Below, one piece after another: positions 9,646 through 20,301 of a stretch of 64,000 bases of DNA. Where the stretch lies: the NCBI GenBank assembly GCA_963817895.1, contig CAWFQB010000001.1:1024001-1088000 (forward strand), written 5' to 3'. The stretch comes from an uncultured Chthonomonadaceae bacterium. Its GTDB lineage: Bacteria; Armatimonadota; Chthonomonadetes; Chthonomonadales; Chthonomonadaceae. The position numbers and the translations under genes were made by a program. Below the pieces are notes generated by a model. The model was not told the DNA's origin. It made no database searches and saw only the letters and a program-made list of their open reading frames with translations. The first letter of the stretch is position 1, and each line of letters opens with the position of its first letter.

Positions 9646-12643
9646 ATGCAAGACCCCCAGCAGACCAACATTGACAGCGTGATTCATTCCGACGACACGC
9701 AAACCCCGCCCACAGACATCGCCGTAGCCCGCGTCAGCAACGGGCATGGCGTCAGCGACAAAGCCGACAAAGCCAACGGGCGCGTGAAAGTGGCCGCGAC
9801 CAATGGCAGCGGCAATGACAGCAATTTCCGGCTCAACAACGCGACCGGCCTGAAAGTGGAGCGCCGCTTCACCCAACCCGGCGAGGACGTGTACAGCACG
9901 GTGGAATGGGAATTGCGCGACGCGGTAATTTCCAACGAGCGCGGCGAAAAAGTGTTCGAGCAGAAGAATTGCGAAATCCCTAAATCGTGGACGCAACTTG
10001 CCACCAACGTCGTCGTGTCCAAGTATTTCCGGGGGCATGTCGGGACGCCCGAACGCGAACACAGCGTCCGGCAGCTTATCGGGCGCGTGGCCGATACCAT
10101 TGCCAACTGGGGCCGCAAAATGGACTATTTTGCGACTGAAGCCGACGCGCAAACCTTTCAGGACGAACTCACCCACATTCTGCTGCACCAGAAAGCCGCC
10201 TTCAACTCCCCCGTCTGGTTCAACGTCGGCCTCAAAGATCAGCCGGTTCCGCAGGCTTCGGCCTGTTTTATCAACAGCGTGGATGACACAATGGAGTCCA
10301 TTCTCACGCTTGCAAAAACCGAGGGTATGCTGTTCAAGTTCGGCAGCGGCACGGGAACCAACCTTTCTACGCTTCGCGGTTCCAATGAGAAGCTCAAAGG
10401 CGGCGGCACGGCGTCCGGTCCCCTCTCCTTTATGCGCGGTTTCGACCAGTTTGCCGCTGCCATAAAAAGTGGTGGAAAAACGAGACGTGCTGCAAAAATG
10501 GTTTTACTTGATGTAACACATCCCGACATTGAGCCGTTCATTGTCAGCAAGGCCGATGAGGAGAAAAAGGCGTGGGCGCTGATTGACTCCGGTTACAGCG
10601 GCATGTTCAATGTGCCGGGTGGCGCGTATGACAGCGTCCAGTTCCAGAACGCGAACCATTCCGTGCGCGTCACCGACGAGTTCATGCAGACGTACCTCAA
10701 AGGCGGGCAGTGGACTACGCTTAATGTGACGGACAATCAGCCCAACAAAACCTATCAAGCCGCCGACCTGATGAAGAAAATCGGCGAAAGCGCGTGGATT
10801 TGCGGCGATCCCGGCATGCAGTACGACACCACCATCAACAAGTGGCACACATGCAAAAACACAGATAAAATTAATGCAAGTAATCCATGCTCGGAATTCG
10901 TTTTTCTTGATGATACAGCATGTAATTTGTCGTCGTTAAACCTGATGAAGTTCCGCAACGCGCAGTATGACTTCGATGTGGAAGCGTTCAAGCATGGCTG
11001 CCGCAGTTATGATTATCGCGCAGGAGATTCTCGTGGACAACGCGAGCTACCCGACGCCGCGTATTCAGGAGAACTCGCACGATTACCGCCCGCTCGGTCT
11101 GGGCTACGCCAACCTGGGCGCGCTGCTCATGGCGCGCGGACTGGCCTATGACAGCGACGAGGGCCGCGCGTATGCCGGGGCCATTACCGCTATTATGACG
11201 GGGGAAGCGTACCATCAGTCCGCTATCATTGCCCGCGATCACGGCTGGGCCTTTCCCGGCTACCACAAGAACCGCGAACCCATGCTCGATGTCATGCGGA
11301 TGCACCGGCAGGCCGTGGAAGACATCAACGGCAAACTGGTTCCCGCCGACATGATGCAATCCTCCCGTAAGTGTTGGGACGATGCCATTGAGGTGGGAAC
11401 GGACAACGGCTATCGCAATGCGCAGGTCACGGTGTTGGCCCCCACCGGAACTATAGGGTTTCTGATGGACTGTGACACGACCGGGATTGAGCCGGACATT
11501 GCCATCGTCAAGTACAAGAACCTTGTCGGCGGCGGCGTGATGAAAATCGTCAACAACACCGTGCCGGAAGCTCTGATGCGATTAGGTTACTCGGAAACGG
11601 AAGTGAAGAGCATCATCGCCTACATTGACGCGCATGACACCATCGAAGGCAATCCCGATCTCAAACCCGAACACCTGTCCATTTTCGACTGCGCGTTCAA
11701 ACCCGGCAATGGTGAGCGTTCCATCCACTATCTCGGACACGTCCGCATGATGGCTGCCGCCCAACCGTTCCTTTCCGGGGCGATCTCAAAGACCGTGAAC
11801 ATGCCGCATGAGGCGACAGCAGAAGAGATTATGGGCGTTTATGTCGAAGGCTGGAAACTCGGACTGAAAGCCATTGCCATTTATCGCGACGGATCGAAGC
11901 GCACACAGCCGCTGATGACGAAAAAAGCGGATGTGGCGAAAACCGATGAGGGCAAAGGAAAGAGGGAAGAGGGAACAGAAACAGCCCCAACACCAGTCAC
12001 CAGCCACCAATCGCCAGCCACCATTGTCGTCAACAAACCGCTGCGGCGAAAATTGCCCGACGAGCGGGCGGCAATGACCCACAAGTTCAGCATTGCGGGA
12101 CACGAGGGCTACATCACGGTCGGCATGTACCCGGACGGCACACCCGGCGAAATCTTCCTGACCATGAGCAAGGAAGGCTCGACGATTTCCGGCCTGATGG
12201 ACTCGTTTGCGACCGCTATTTCGCTTGCGCTGCAATACGGCGTACCGCTGCAAACCCTTGTGGACAAGTTCGCGCATGCCCGGTTTGAGCCGTCCGGCGT
12301 CACCAACAACCCGGACATACGTTTCGCCAAGTCCATCATGGATTATATCTTCCGGTGGCTGGGTTCCAAGTTCCTCAACCGCGTGCCGGAACCCACGCAG
12401 CCAACGTTGTCCAACGGACACGGCGAAGAGAATTCCATCAGCGCAGCCGCAGAAGCCCCGCCCCTGACGCTGACGGCTGCGCCCACAGTGGAGACGCAAC
12501 CGCAATCCCTTGCGGATCGGGAACATCAAACGTTCCAGAATCAGTCGGACGCCCCCATTTGCACGGAATGTGGCGCAATCATGGTGCGCAATGGCGCCTG
12601 CTACAAATGCCTGTCGTGTGGCTCAGTATACGGCTGTTCGTAA
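9646..12643 (+). CDS. nrdJ: class II vitamin B12-dependent ribonucleotide reductase with TSCPD and Zn-ribbon C-terminus (frameshift near 10996)
   Basis: FNSPVWFN, SACFI, GGKTRRAAKM, ASNPCSE, ACNLSSLNL, APTGTIG and YRDGSK motifs; C-terminal CTECG..CLSCG; the two ORFs join by removing one G. Confidence 0.93.
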
Positions 12644-12645
12644 AA

Positions 12646-12722
12646 TAGGGAGTGGGGAGTAGGTTAACGCACAGATTGAACGGGGTTCTTCCTACTCCCC
12701 ACTCCCTGCTCCCTACTCCCTA
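12646..12722. repeat. inverted heptamer repeat (AGGGAGT)n ... (ACTCCCT)n
   Basis: Seen directly; the same family occurs at 43520-43603. Confidence 0.8.
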
Positions 12723-12737
12723 TCCTGGAGTTTCCTC

Positions 12738-13149
12738 ATGCTGAAAATCGTTGAAGTACATCCCGCCGCAAATCCACAGAGCGAGTATGTCGTACTGCAA
12801 AATCAGGGGTTAGTGACGGTCAATCTGCGCGGATGGGCGGTCTGTACGGAAGATTATCTGGAGGGCAGCGCACAGGAGGCGGTGGCAGGCATGTATGTCT
12901 TTCGAGACGACATTCCTGTCAAGCCTTATGCGCGGGTAGTGCTGTTTACCGGCGAGGGCATAGCGGGGTGGGTTCCTACTGTGGATGGCAAGCAGGCGTA
13001 CTGCGCGTACTGGGGCCGAACACAGGCTGATCTGGAAACGCTCCAAAACCGTTCATGTGCTGCAAATGGCGGCGTCGCGCAAGGTTGTTCCGCTTGTCCG
13101 CGAAACAACGCCCGTTCCGAGAAAACAAGCGTTAAGCGTTGAGCATTAA
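12738..13149 (+). CDS. lamin-tail-domain-like protein (probable frameshift near 13025)
   Basis: EYVVLQN...VNLRGW...VVLFTGEG...AYWGR..IW pattern typical of LTD. Confidence 0.6.
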
Positions 13150-13336
13150 ACAGTCGGAATAACTTTCGGTCTTAATGCTCAATGCTCAACGCCAGCTTCT
13201 TAACACATCATTCTTATTACAGGTCAACGCAAATCTGGTTTGCAATTCCGGGTGTTGAAAACACCCGTCTAAAGTGGCGTTCCGCCAAGCGTCCTACCGG
13301 ACGCGAATTCCACTCCCTATTTCTATTGACCTGTAC

Positions 13337-14365
13337 TTAGCGTTGCTGCGCGAAGTCAGGAGTTTTAGCGGCCTGATCTTCGATGTCGCCCACTTCGCCT
13401 TTGTTCTGGTGATCTCCGGCTACGGTTCCGATTGCGCCGCCCTGACGCGGGCCACCGTCATGCATCGTTTCCTGATCCACCACCAATTTTTGCGAGGCCG
13501 CGCCGCTTTCCTGCGGGGGAACCGGGAACTCGCGATCCCGCAACTCCTCGCCAACGGCCATTTTGCCCTCCGCCTGTGTGGAAAGCGCCTGCTCTGCCGC
13601 GCCGCCGGGAGAAGTGGAGGGCGCGGGGCCGGCGGAAGCGGCTGGCGCGTTAGCCGCCTGCGCGCCTGTCACTGGCGTAGACGAAGCGAAGATTGCATCA
13701 CTGTTTGTCATGGAATTGCCTTTCGCACCCACCGAACGATTACCCGCGCTCTCCGAAGTCGGCTGGCTGTTGGCTTGCAGAGCCTGATCGTACTCCTCGC
13801 TCATTTTGCCGCGCTTGCGCGACCCCCCGGATGTTGCCGTATTGGTTGTTGCCGCCGTTGCCGCTATGACCGACGGCGTTATCATCTCCGGCGTTGCTGC
13901 CGCTGATTTCGCTGTCTTGCCTGTTTTGGCCTTCTTTGGAGTAGAAGCCGGTGTGGTAGGAGCGGGCGACTGTAGTGGATTCGCGCCCTGATTTACAATT
14001 GGTTCCGGCGCGGCTTCAGGTTCCACAAGCGCGGTACGCGCATCATTGGTAGGCGTGGCGCTTTGCGGCATCCCCGCAACAAGCGAAACGGATGCGTCCA
14101 CAGCAAGCGGAACCGGCGTACCCGTGCCTTCCGATTGCAGCGCTAAATCTGCTGTCTGGTTCGCGCGCGACGATGGTTTGCCGGATGTTGCCGACGGCGT
14201 CTCCTGCCGCGCCTGCATTGCCCATTTGGCGATAGCGCCTGCCACGCCGACGGCCCCCGCCCCCAGAATCAGCCACGAGCGCATCTGTCTTTTCCGCGCG
14301 GCAAGCGGCGTTTCCTCAAAATTTTTGGTTTGTCTTGATTGCGGGCGCGGTGGCCGGGTTCCCAT
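13337..14365 (-). CDS. hypothetical low-complexity membrane-anchored protein
   Basis: SD AGGAG before ATG 14365; one TM; Ala/Pro/Ser/Thr-rich. Confidence 0.6.
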   Translation of the reverse strand: MGTRPPRPQSRQTKNFEETPLAARKRQMRSWLILGAGAVGVAGAIAKWAMQARQETPSATSGKPSSRANQTADLALQSEGTGTPVPLAVDASVSLVAGMPQSATPTNDARTALVEPEAAPEPIVNQGANPLQSPAPTTPASTPKKAKTGKTAKSAAATPEMITPSVIAATAATTNTATSGGSRKRGKMSEEYDQALQANSQPTSESAGNRSVGAKGNSMTNSDAIFASSTPVTGAQAANAPAASAGPAPSTSPGGAAEQALSTQAEGKMAVGEELRDREFPVPPQESGAASQKLVVDQETMHDGGPRQGGAIGTVAGDHQNKGEVGDIEDQAAKTPDFAQQR

Positions 14366-14444
14366 AGCAAAGCACTCCTTTATCGGCGCGTTTTGGCAAA
14401 AGGACGTTGGTTTGTCCACGCTTGTTCCGGCAAAGCGCGATACG

Positions 14445-15581
14445 CTAACTCGTCATGTCGCCACCATTGGCAACGGCTTCACGAAAACGGTCTTCATCAA
14501 GCGCAAGCCCAAATCCGGGCGAGTCGGGAATGTGCAGTTTTCCCGCTTCGATAATGTAACCCGGCGCTTCCAGTCCGGGCGTTGTCGCTTCATCCCATTC
14601 GATAAAGGTGAAGTTCGGCAGCGCGGGGGCCAGATGCCCGGAAATGTAGTTGCCCACATGTCCGCCGTAGTGATGCGGAGCCGCGCGAACGTTCCATTGG
14701 GCTATCTGTCGGCCTGTTTGCAGCCACCGGGTAAATCCGTACCCGAAGATGTCGTACTGAATCACGTCAATCAAGCCCTCCTGCGCCCAGTTGAGCAGGC
14801 GCGGGGCAGCATCGCCTTCGCCGTCCGCAATCAGGGTCGGCAGGGCGCGGGCTTGCAGCCACGTTTTCAGGTCGCGATACAATACGGGGTCTTCGTGAAA
14901 CGCCTCTTCCAGCCAGAACAGGTTGCATTCGGCTGTTTCCGCCAGAACGCGCTTGGTAAGATTGAGATTGTAGCCGTTGTTGGCGTCAATGAACAGAGTT
15001 GCGTCCGGCCCTGCCATTTCCCGAACCGCGTGGATAATAGCAATATCCCGCTCGATTCCCGCTTCCAGCGGCAGGTGACGCGCCCCTCTGCCGACTTTGA
15101 TTTTGAAATTACAATGTCCCCGCGCCATATCCTGCCGCGTTTCATCGGCAAGGAGGGCGGCGGCTTCCGCTATGGAATCGAGATGCAGGTCATCGAAATA
15201 CAGTGACGTATCGTAGCAGGGGACGCGCAGAGTTTCCGGCGCGGCTTGTCCCGCAATCCGCGCCGCGAGCGCGTAAACCGGCAGATTGTTTTGCTTGCCA
15301 ACTAAGTCCCACAGCGCGTATTCCACGCCCCTTCCCGTGTCCAGAACTCCGACTTCGGGATCATACAAATCGCTCAGGGACGCGCCGAGCAGACACTCCG
15401 CCTGTTCCTTTTCAATCCGGCTCGCCCCAAAACCCGTAGCGCCGTCTGCGGTTGTCAAACGAACGAGCGGCAGGGGGATGCGGCTGCCGTGTTCTCCCAA
15501 TCGGGCATTGCATCCGGCATTGCGCGGACGCTGCCCCTCCAATTGTCCCCATTCGATGCGTGTAACGCGAGTGTTGTCCAT
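14445..15581 (-). CDS. mandelate racemase/muconate lactonizing enzyme (enolase superfamily)
   Basis: ALWDLVGK...PVY, FKIKVGRG, IDANNGY, WLEEAF and IADGEG motifs. Confidence 0.9.
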   Translation of the reverse strand: MDNTRVTRIEWGQLEGQRPRNAGCNARLGEHGSRIPLPLVRLTTADGATGFGASRIEKEQAECLLGASLSDLYDPEVGVLDTGRGVEYALWDLVGKQNNLPVYALAARIAGQAAPETLRVPCYDTSLYFDDLHLDSIAEAAALLADETRQDMARGHCNFKIKVGRGARHLPLEAGIERDIAIIHAVREMAGPDATLFIDANNGYNLNLTKRVLAETAECNLFWLEEAFHEDPVLYRDLKTWLQARALPTLIADGEGDAAPRLLNWAQEGLIDVIQYDIFGYGFTRWLQTGRQIAQWNVRAAPHHYGGHVGNYISGHLAPALPNFTFIEWDEATTPGLEAPGYIIEAGKLHIPDSPGFGLALDEDRFREAVANGGDMTS

Positions 15582-15609
15582 GTGTATTATCCTGCAAAAT
15601 ACGATGTGT

Positions 15610-16167
15610 TCAGGAAGTTGATGTAGCGTGTTGGGCTTCGCGGCGCGAACGGCGCGTGGAATGGGGTGAGCGTATCATCAGGGCGACCAGCACACAACTG
15701 AGCAGAATAAGTATCAGGATTACTAACCCCCACTTCCGCGTTTTTTGCTCCTCTATGCGGCGTCTCCGAGCGTTATCCGCCTCCTGCCATTCCGCCTGCT
15801 CGGTTTCTTTGTTCCAATCCTCGACAAACGCGCTCAAACTTGCCCACTCTTCCACAATGGAGTGGTCTTCGTGACTGAGCAGGTATACGGGCGAGTGGGC
15901 AAGGGCGGTATCTATCAAGTGTTCGTCACCCGCCGCGCCGTGTCCAATCAGGAGGTACGTCGGCTTCCAGTTTGCCTTGTCGTAATTACCGGCGGGACTC
16001 ATCGGGTCACGAGTTCCCCAAATAACCTCATCAGGATCGTCGTAGAACCAGTAGACCTCCTCATTGCCGATACGGCGGAACGGAAACTCCCGGCTGACGG
16101 CGCGGTAATCGGCGGGCAATTTCAATCCGAGAGTGTCTTCAACTTTGTCCAATTGCGCTTCGGTCAT
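15610..16167 (-). CDS. SMI1/KNR4 (SUKH) family protein with C-terminal TM helix
   Basis: TEAQLDKVEDTLGLKLPADY...LLIG...GD..LID.....PVY..SHE...SLSAF pattern. Confidence 0.8.
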   Translation of the reverse strand: MTEAQLDKVEDTLGLKLPADYRAVSREFPFRRIGNEEVYWFYDDPDEVIWGTRDPMSPAGNYDKANWKPTYLLIGHGAAGDEHLIDTALAHSPVYLLSHEDHSIVEEWASLSAFVEDWNKETEQAEWQEADNARRRRIEEQKTRKWGLVILILILLSCVLVALMIRSPHSTRRSRREAQHATSTS

Positions 16168-16182
16168 TGTTTCACCCCCTTT

Positions 16183-16316
16183 TGTCTGAACCATGATTAG
16201 GCATGATTAAGGTGATTAGCATGATTGTGAAGCGTAAGTTTGCGCGTTTACTCGGAAGGTGAACGGAGAGTACATCGAGATAATCACCTTAATCATGCCT
16301 AATCATGGTTCAGACA
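16183..16316. repeat. inverted repeat element TGTCTGAACCATGATT(AGGCATGATT)n
   Basis: 36-bp perfect inverted arms at 16183-16218 and 16281-16316; copies at 18507-18544 and 30711-30857. Confidence 0.9.
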
Positions 16317-18493
16317 ATCTCCCATTCCACAACAACGTCGGACAGAAATGTAAGCGGCAATTGAAACTCCAGCCGATGTGTTTCTTCCGAATAGGTAAAG
16401 GGCTGGGAATTGTCGTCGATCAAGATAGTGGCGGGACGTTTCTCGCTCCATGCGAGAAAGCGGCCCTCCCCTCGAACCCGCAGACTAATGCGCTGTTGCG
16501 CTCCGATGGTTTTCAGGAAGCCGCATTGGAGAATAGCACCTCCGCTGTTATACATATCGGCAAGACCAACGGGCGCGAAGCCGTCTCTGATAGACGCGGT
16601 AGTGAACACGTCGCCGGTCAGCGCGGGCAATTCAAACTGCCAGCGTTCTTCTAAATTCAGGACGCGGCACTCGCCTGTGGAATGGCGGAAAACCACATAC
16701 TGCTCGCCAGGAATCCCGTCAATATCGGAAGGGGAGACGTACCCTGCCATGCTCGCCTCTTCCTGAACCACTGCGTTCGGGGCGGCAATATCGGAAAGCG
16801 AGACTTTGTCAACATTAGCGGCGTCCCCGGCTGTTGGCGGCTGATCAGGCGCATGGTAACGCGCATTGAACACCCCGACAACGCCGCCGCGCAGTTCGCT
16901 CCAATTGCGGTTGAAGATTTTGAGCAGAACGTCTTCTTTGGTCGGGTCGTGGAACAGGCAGTCGCGGGTCGGGCGTCCGGGGTTGGGCGAACGCAAAACG
17001 GTTCCATCCGGCAACACCAGTTTGCGCAATACGTCGAAGTTGTGCGTGTCGGGCTTGTCGGACACGTACACGGGACTGCCGCTCACCGCCCGCCCCATCG
17101 CGTGAAACGCGCCCATTTCATGTCCCGACTGAAACATATCCCAATCCGGGTGAACGAATTCGCCGAACCACAGGCTGACAAGCGCGTTCACGTACAAATG
17201 CTCGCCGTGCGATTCAGGTTTGTTGGGCCAAAAGTCGGTAGAGGTTCGCGTGATATTGGAATTGAGCGCGGCGTACAGCATGTCGTTGGCGCAGGACATG
17301 CAGTTGATAAGGTTGCCGTCAAAGTGCGTGTTTACCGAACCCTCCAGCGCCTCGTGGTAGTTGCGCATCAGGCGGACGCGCCCGCCCTCCCCTGCCGCGA
17401 TGCCCTCAATCGTCGCCTGCGTATCCACCTTTACGCCGTCCACGCCCTGTTTGCGCAAATAGCGGTGATAATCCTGAAAGAAGCGGTAAATGGCTTTGCC
17501 GCTCACCAGCCCAACGGTTTCGCCCCACCATTGCGTGTTCAACATCGGGCGATGATGCAGGATACCGGGCGCGAACCGGCGCGGAACCGGGCGAACGTCA
17601 TACTCCGCCATTAAATCTTCATCCACGCCGCCCCAGTAGCCGTTGAGCGCGTGCCACACGAGAAACGTTTGCAGGCCGTACTCTTCCTTTGCCATGCGTA
17701 CCATCGGGGCAAGCCCATCGGGAAACTTTTCGTTGGCGGCAAAGGCGGTCAGGCGCGTTTCCCCGGACGGACGCTTGCGAACGGACTGCCAGCCATCGTC
17801 CAGAATCAGCAGGCGCAGTTGAATGCCGCCCTTGCGAAAACTCTCCAGCCCGACTGCGACTTTATCCTGCGACACATCCTGATAAAAGGCGTCCCACGTA
17901 CACCAGCCGAACTGATTGGCAAATTCGGGCAGGAGTTTATGGCGGCGTAATCTTCCCGTCTGCATCCGCGCCATGACACTTTCCGCCGCCCATTCCATCA
18001 GCAAGTAGGGATTTTTATGCGCGGCGATGAACAGGCAAACGGCTTCGGTTGTGCAGACGGAGGGATCGTTCGACTCGACAACTAGTTCCAAACCCTTCTC
18101 ACCCGCGCCCTGTAAACACGCCCGAAAATCGCCGTCCAGAATGGGCGCGAACAGAACCACGCTTTTATCTTCGCGTTCGCACAGCAGAAATTGCGTTTCC
18201 GGCAATACGTCGCCTGCCCTGACGCCCACTTTGGCGGTCATCCAGAACGGCTCGTAGCGGTGCGCAAAGGTCAGCCGCGCTATGCCGGATAGTTCGCCAA
18301 GCGGAAACACGAGCCGCGCCAGCGGCTTTTCATGGACGCAATGCACAAACACGCCCACGCCGTTCGGATCATCAATCAGGGTTGTGGTGGAAGGCAGTCC
18401 GGTTAAAATGATCGCGCCCTTGACGCTTAAGATACCGTCCGCAAGCGTCCAATCCATTTCAGAAACGATATTGACAGAGGAGTTTTCAGGCAT
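16310..18493 (-). CDS. Sip1/raffinose synthase-type alpha-galactosidase (GH36)
   Basis: FGWCTWDAFY, ILDDGWQ, VWHALNGYWGG, VDGVKVD, PDWDMFQS and SGSPVYVSD motifs. Confidence 0.93.
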   Translation of the reverse strand: MPENSSVNIVSEMDWTLADGILSVKGAIILTGLPSTTTLIDDPNGVGVFVHCVHEKPLARLVFPLGELSGIARLTFAHRYEPFWMTAKVGVRAGDVLPETQFLLCEREDKSVVLFAPILDGDFRACLQGAGEKGLELVVESNDPSVCTTEAVCLFIAAHKNPYLLMEWAAESVMARMQTGRLRRHKLLPEFANQFGWCTWDAFYQDVSQDKVAVGLESFRKGGIQLRLLILDDGWQSVRKRPSGETRLTAFAANEKFPDGLAPMVRMAKEEYGLQTFLVWHALNGYWGGVDEDLMAEYDVRPVPRRFAPGILHHRPMLNTQWWGETVGLVSGKAIYRFFQDYHRYLRKQGVDGVKVDTQATIEGIAAGEGGRVRLMRNYHEALEGSVNTHFDGNLINCMSCANDMLYAALNSNITRTSTDFWPNKPESHGEHLYVNALVSLWFGEFVHPDWDMFQSGHEMGAFHAMGRAVSGSPVYVSDKPDTHNFDVLRKLVLPDGTVLRSPNPGRPTRDCLFHDPTKEDVLLKIFNRNWSELRGGVVGVFNARYHAPDQPPTAGDAANVDKVSLSDIAAPNAVVQEEASMAGYVSPSDIDGIPGEQYVVFRHSTGECRVLNLEERWQFELPALTGDVFTTASIRDGFAPVGLADMYNSGGAILQCGFLKTIGAQQRISLRVRGEGRFLAWSEKRPATILIDDNSQPFTYSEETHRLEFQLPLTFLSDVVVEWEIV

Positions 18494-18506
18494 AGTGGAC
18501 TCCGGT

Positions 18507-18544
18507 TGTCTGAACCATGATCAGGCATGATTATGGTTCAGACA
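18507..18544. repeat. short copy of the TGTCTGAACCATGAT inverted element
   Basis: TGTCTGAACCATGAT...ATTATGGTTCAGACA. Confidence 0.85.
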
Positions 18545-19842
18545 AAAACAGGCAAAAGGTCGGCGTGAGCGTGAATGCAGGCGTGGAGGGCTTCCATCCC
18601 TGCGCGTTTGTCTACAATGGTCGGGTCGAGTTCGATGGCGTGATGCAATACGGGCAGACTTCGTTCCTTTGCGGCGCGAACAATGGCGTCGGTGACTGCA
18701 GCGGTTTGTCGGCAGAGTTCGGCAACGGGGGGCGGCAAGGCAATTGTTGCGGGGTGCAGGCCTTTTGCGTCGGCAGCGCAGGGGGTTTCCACAAACACGT
18801 TCCGGGGCAGATTGAGAATTTGCCCTGTGTTTATCAGGTTCAGGGAGTGCAATCGTTGCGGGCGTCCGTAAGCAAGCGCGGCAATCACATCGCCCGGACG
18901 CTCCCACGAGGGCTTTTGCAGCAAAGCGTCCCACGGTTGGCTGCCATCCGCAATGTCGCGCATCAGGTCAAGCCGCTGTTTGCGCTCGTCGGGAGAACCG
19001 TGACCGGGCGCGGATCGCGTCGCGTGGCCCTGTGGCGGCAGAAAATCTCGAATGTGGTCGTCACCCGGCATGGGCAGAAAGCCGGTTTCGCGGGCGATTT
19101 GTTCAGAACGAATTTGCCCGGTTCGGCTTGCGGACGCGCTTGCTTCCAATTCGCGGCGCAGAGTGGGCAATAAATCTTCACTCGTTTCGCAGTTTTGCAG
19201 TTCGCACAGCCACGAAAAATGATTGATGCCCGCCATTGTCGCTTTATATTTTTCCTGCGGTTCCGCAAACGGATACGAGGCCGAAACGCCGTCCAGCAGG
19301 CGCGAAATCATGCCGTAGCCCTGTATGCTGACGGAACAGAAACCGGCTGTTTTCACGCCCCGCTCATGCGCCGCCTGCGTGACGCGGGGCAAAGGGTTGG
19401 ACACGTTGAGCAGCCATGCGTCGGGACACAAGCGGCGCATATCGTCGGCAAGGCTTTCAATGAGCGCGATCTGGCGCAGCGAGTAACTGATTCCCGCAAT
19501 GCCGCCGAACTCCGTGACCAGATGGCCGGGTGAAAGGCGGTCAACAATCTCGCAGTCTATGGCGAACCGCTTCCACATTTGCGGCGCGGCACAGCAGATT
19601 ACGAAGTCGGCCCCGTCCAGAGCAGGTTCGCGGGCGGCATAGGCGGAAACGCGGGTATCCAGTCCCATCGTTTGCGCCATGCGTTTCGCCACGCCCGCCA
19701 TGCCGTTGCGCGCGTCCGTATCCGGGTCTACGAGCGCCAGTTCCAGACCGGGCAGGCGGTGATGCAGCAGGGTCTGCTCCAGCACACTCGGCCCAAACAC
19801 GAAACTCCCCGCCCCCACCACCGCCACTTTGCAGTTCGGCAT
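18538..19842 (-). CDS. family 4 glycoside hydrolase (NAD-dependent alpha-galactosidase-like)
   Basis: KVAVVGAGS, ALDGADFVI, CPDAWLLNVSNP, AGINHFSW and VFVETPC motifs. Confidence 0.9.
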   Translation of the reverse strand: MPNCKVAVVGAGSFVFGPSVLEQTLLHHRLPGLELALVDPDTDARNGMAGVAKRMAQTMGLDTRVSAYAAREPALDGADFVICCAAPQMWKRFAIDCEIVDRLSPGHLVTEFGGIAGISYSLRQIALIESLADDMRRLCPDAWLLNVSNPLPRVTQAAHERGVKTAGFCSVSIQGYGMISRLLDGVSASYPFAEPQEKYKATMAGINHFSWLCELQNCETSEDLLPTLRRELEASASASRTGQIRSEQIARETGFLPMPGDDHIRDFLPPQGHATRSAPGHGSPDERKQRLDLMRDIADGSQPWDALLQKPSWERPGDVIAALAYGRPQRLHSLNLINTGQILNLPRNVFVETPCAADAKGLHPATIALPPPVAELCRQTAAVTDAIVRAAKERSLPVLHHAIELDPTIVDKRAGMEALHACIHAHADLLPVFV

Positions 19843-19880
19843 CGGCTACATCCCTTTCCATCGTTTTGGTATGCGTGGCT

Positions 19881-19908
19881 TTTCGCCATGAACGAAGCTA
19901 ATTCCTGC
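19881..19908 (-). promoter_or_regulatory. SigH-type promoter for the GH4 operon
   Basis: GCAGG-N19-GAAA on the minus strand (GCAGGAATTAGCTTCGTTCATGGCGAAA). Confidence 0.45.
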
Positions 19909-20301
19909 CGATGATTCACATACCTGCTAGTCGGAACAGCGTGAGTGGGAAAGCAATATGTAGAGACGTCGTCGAAATAGTGGCAATGCAGCGCTTCCAG
20001 CACTCGGTCTCGTTACGTCAAGTTTTTATGTAGAGGCGTCGTGACCTCCGCATGGTTAAGGCGAACGGATGTGAACAGGCATCTTTTTGCACCTCCCTTC
20101 CTTGTTATTGGGGGACGTTATTTGGTTTTGGCAAGCAACCTACTATTAACATTGGGCGGCGTTTTTAGAAGGTGTAGAAATGGCTGGAATCCAATTTTGC
20201 TGAAAATATTTTCGTGGAGACTGTGGCAGCCGATTTTGTACACACATCAGCGCCTTGGAGTGTCCAAAGCCGCGTATCTGGTACTGGAATTGTAAATGCG
20301 G

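Noticed and set aside
9646..12643. Naturally split nrdJa/nrdJb or programmed frameshift
   Set aside because: The break is mid-barrel rather than before the C-terminal domain, there is no slippery sequence, and removing one G restores the frame
19956..20042. Direct repeat TATGTAGAG(A/G)CGTCGT twice, 70 bp apart, possibly att sites
   Set aside because: Only two copies, with no integrase and no matching site at the far end of the SNF2 operon; probably REP half-remnants
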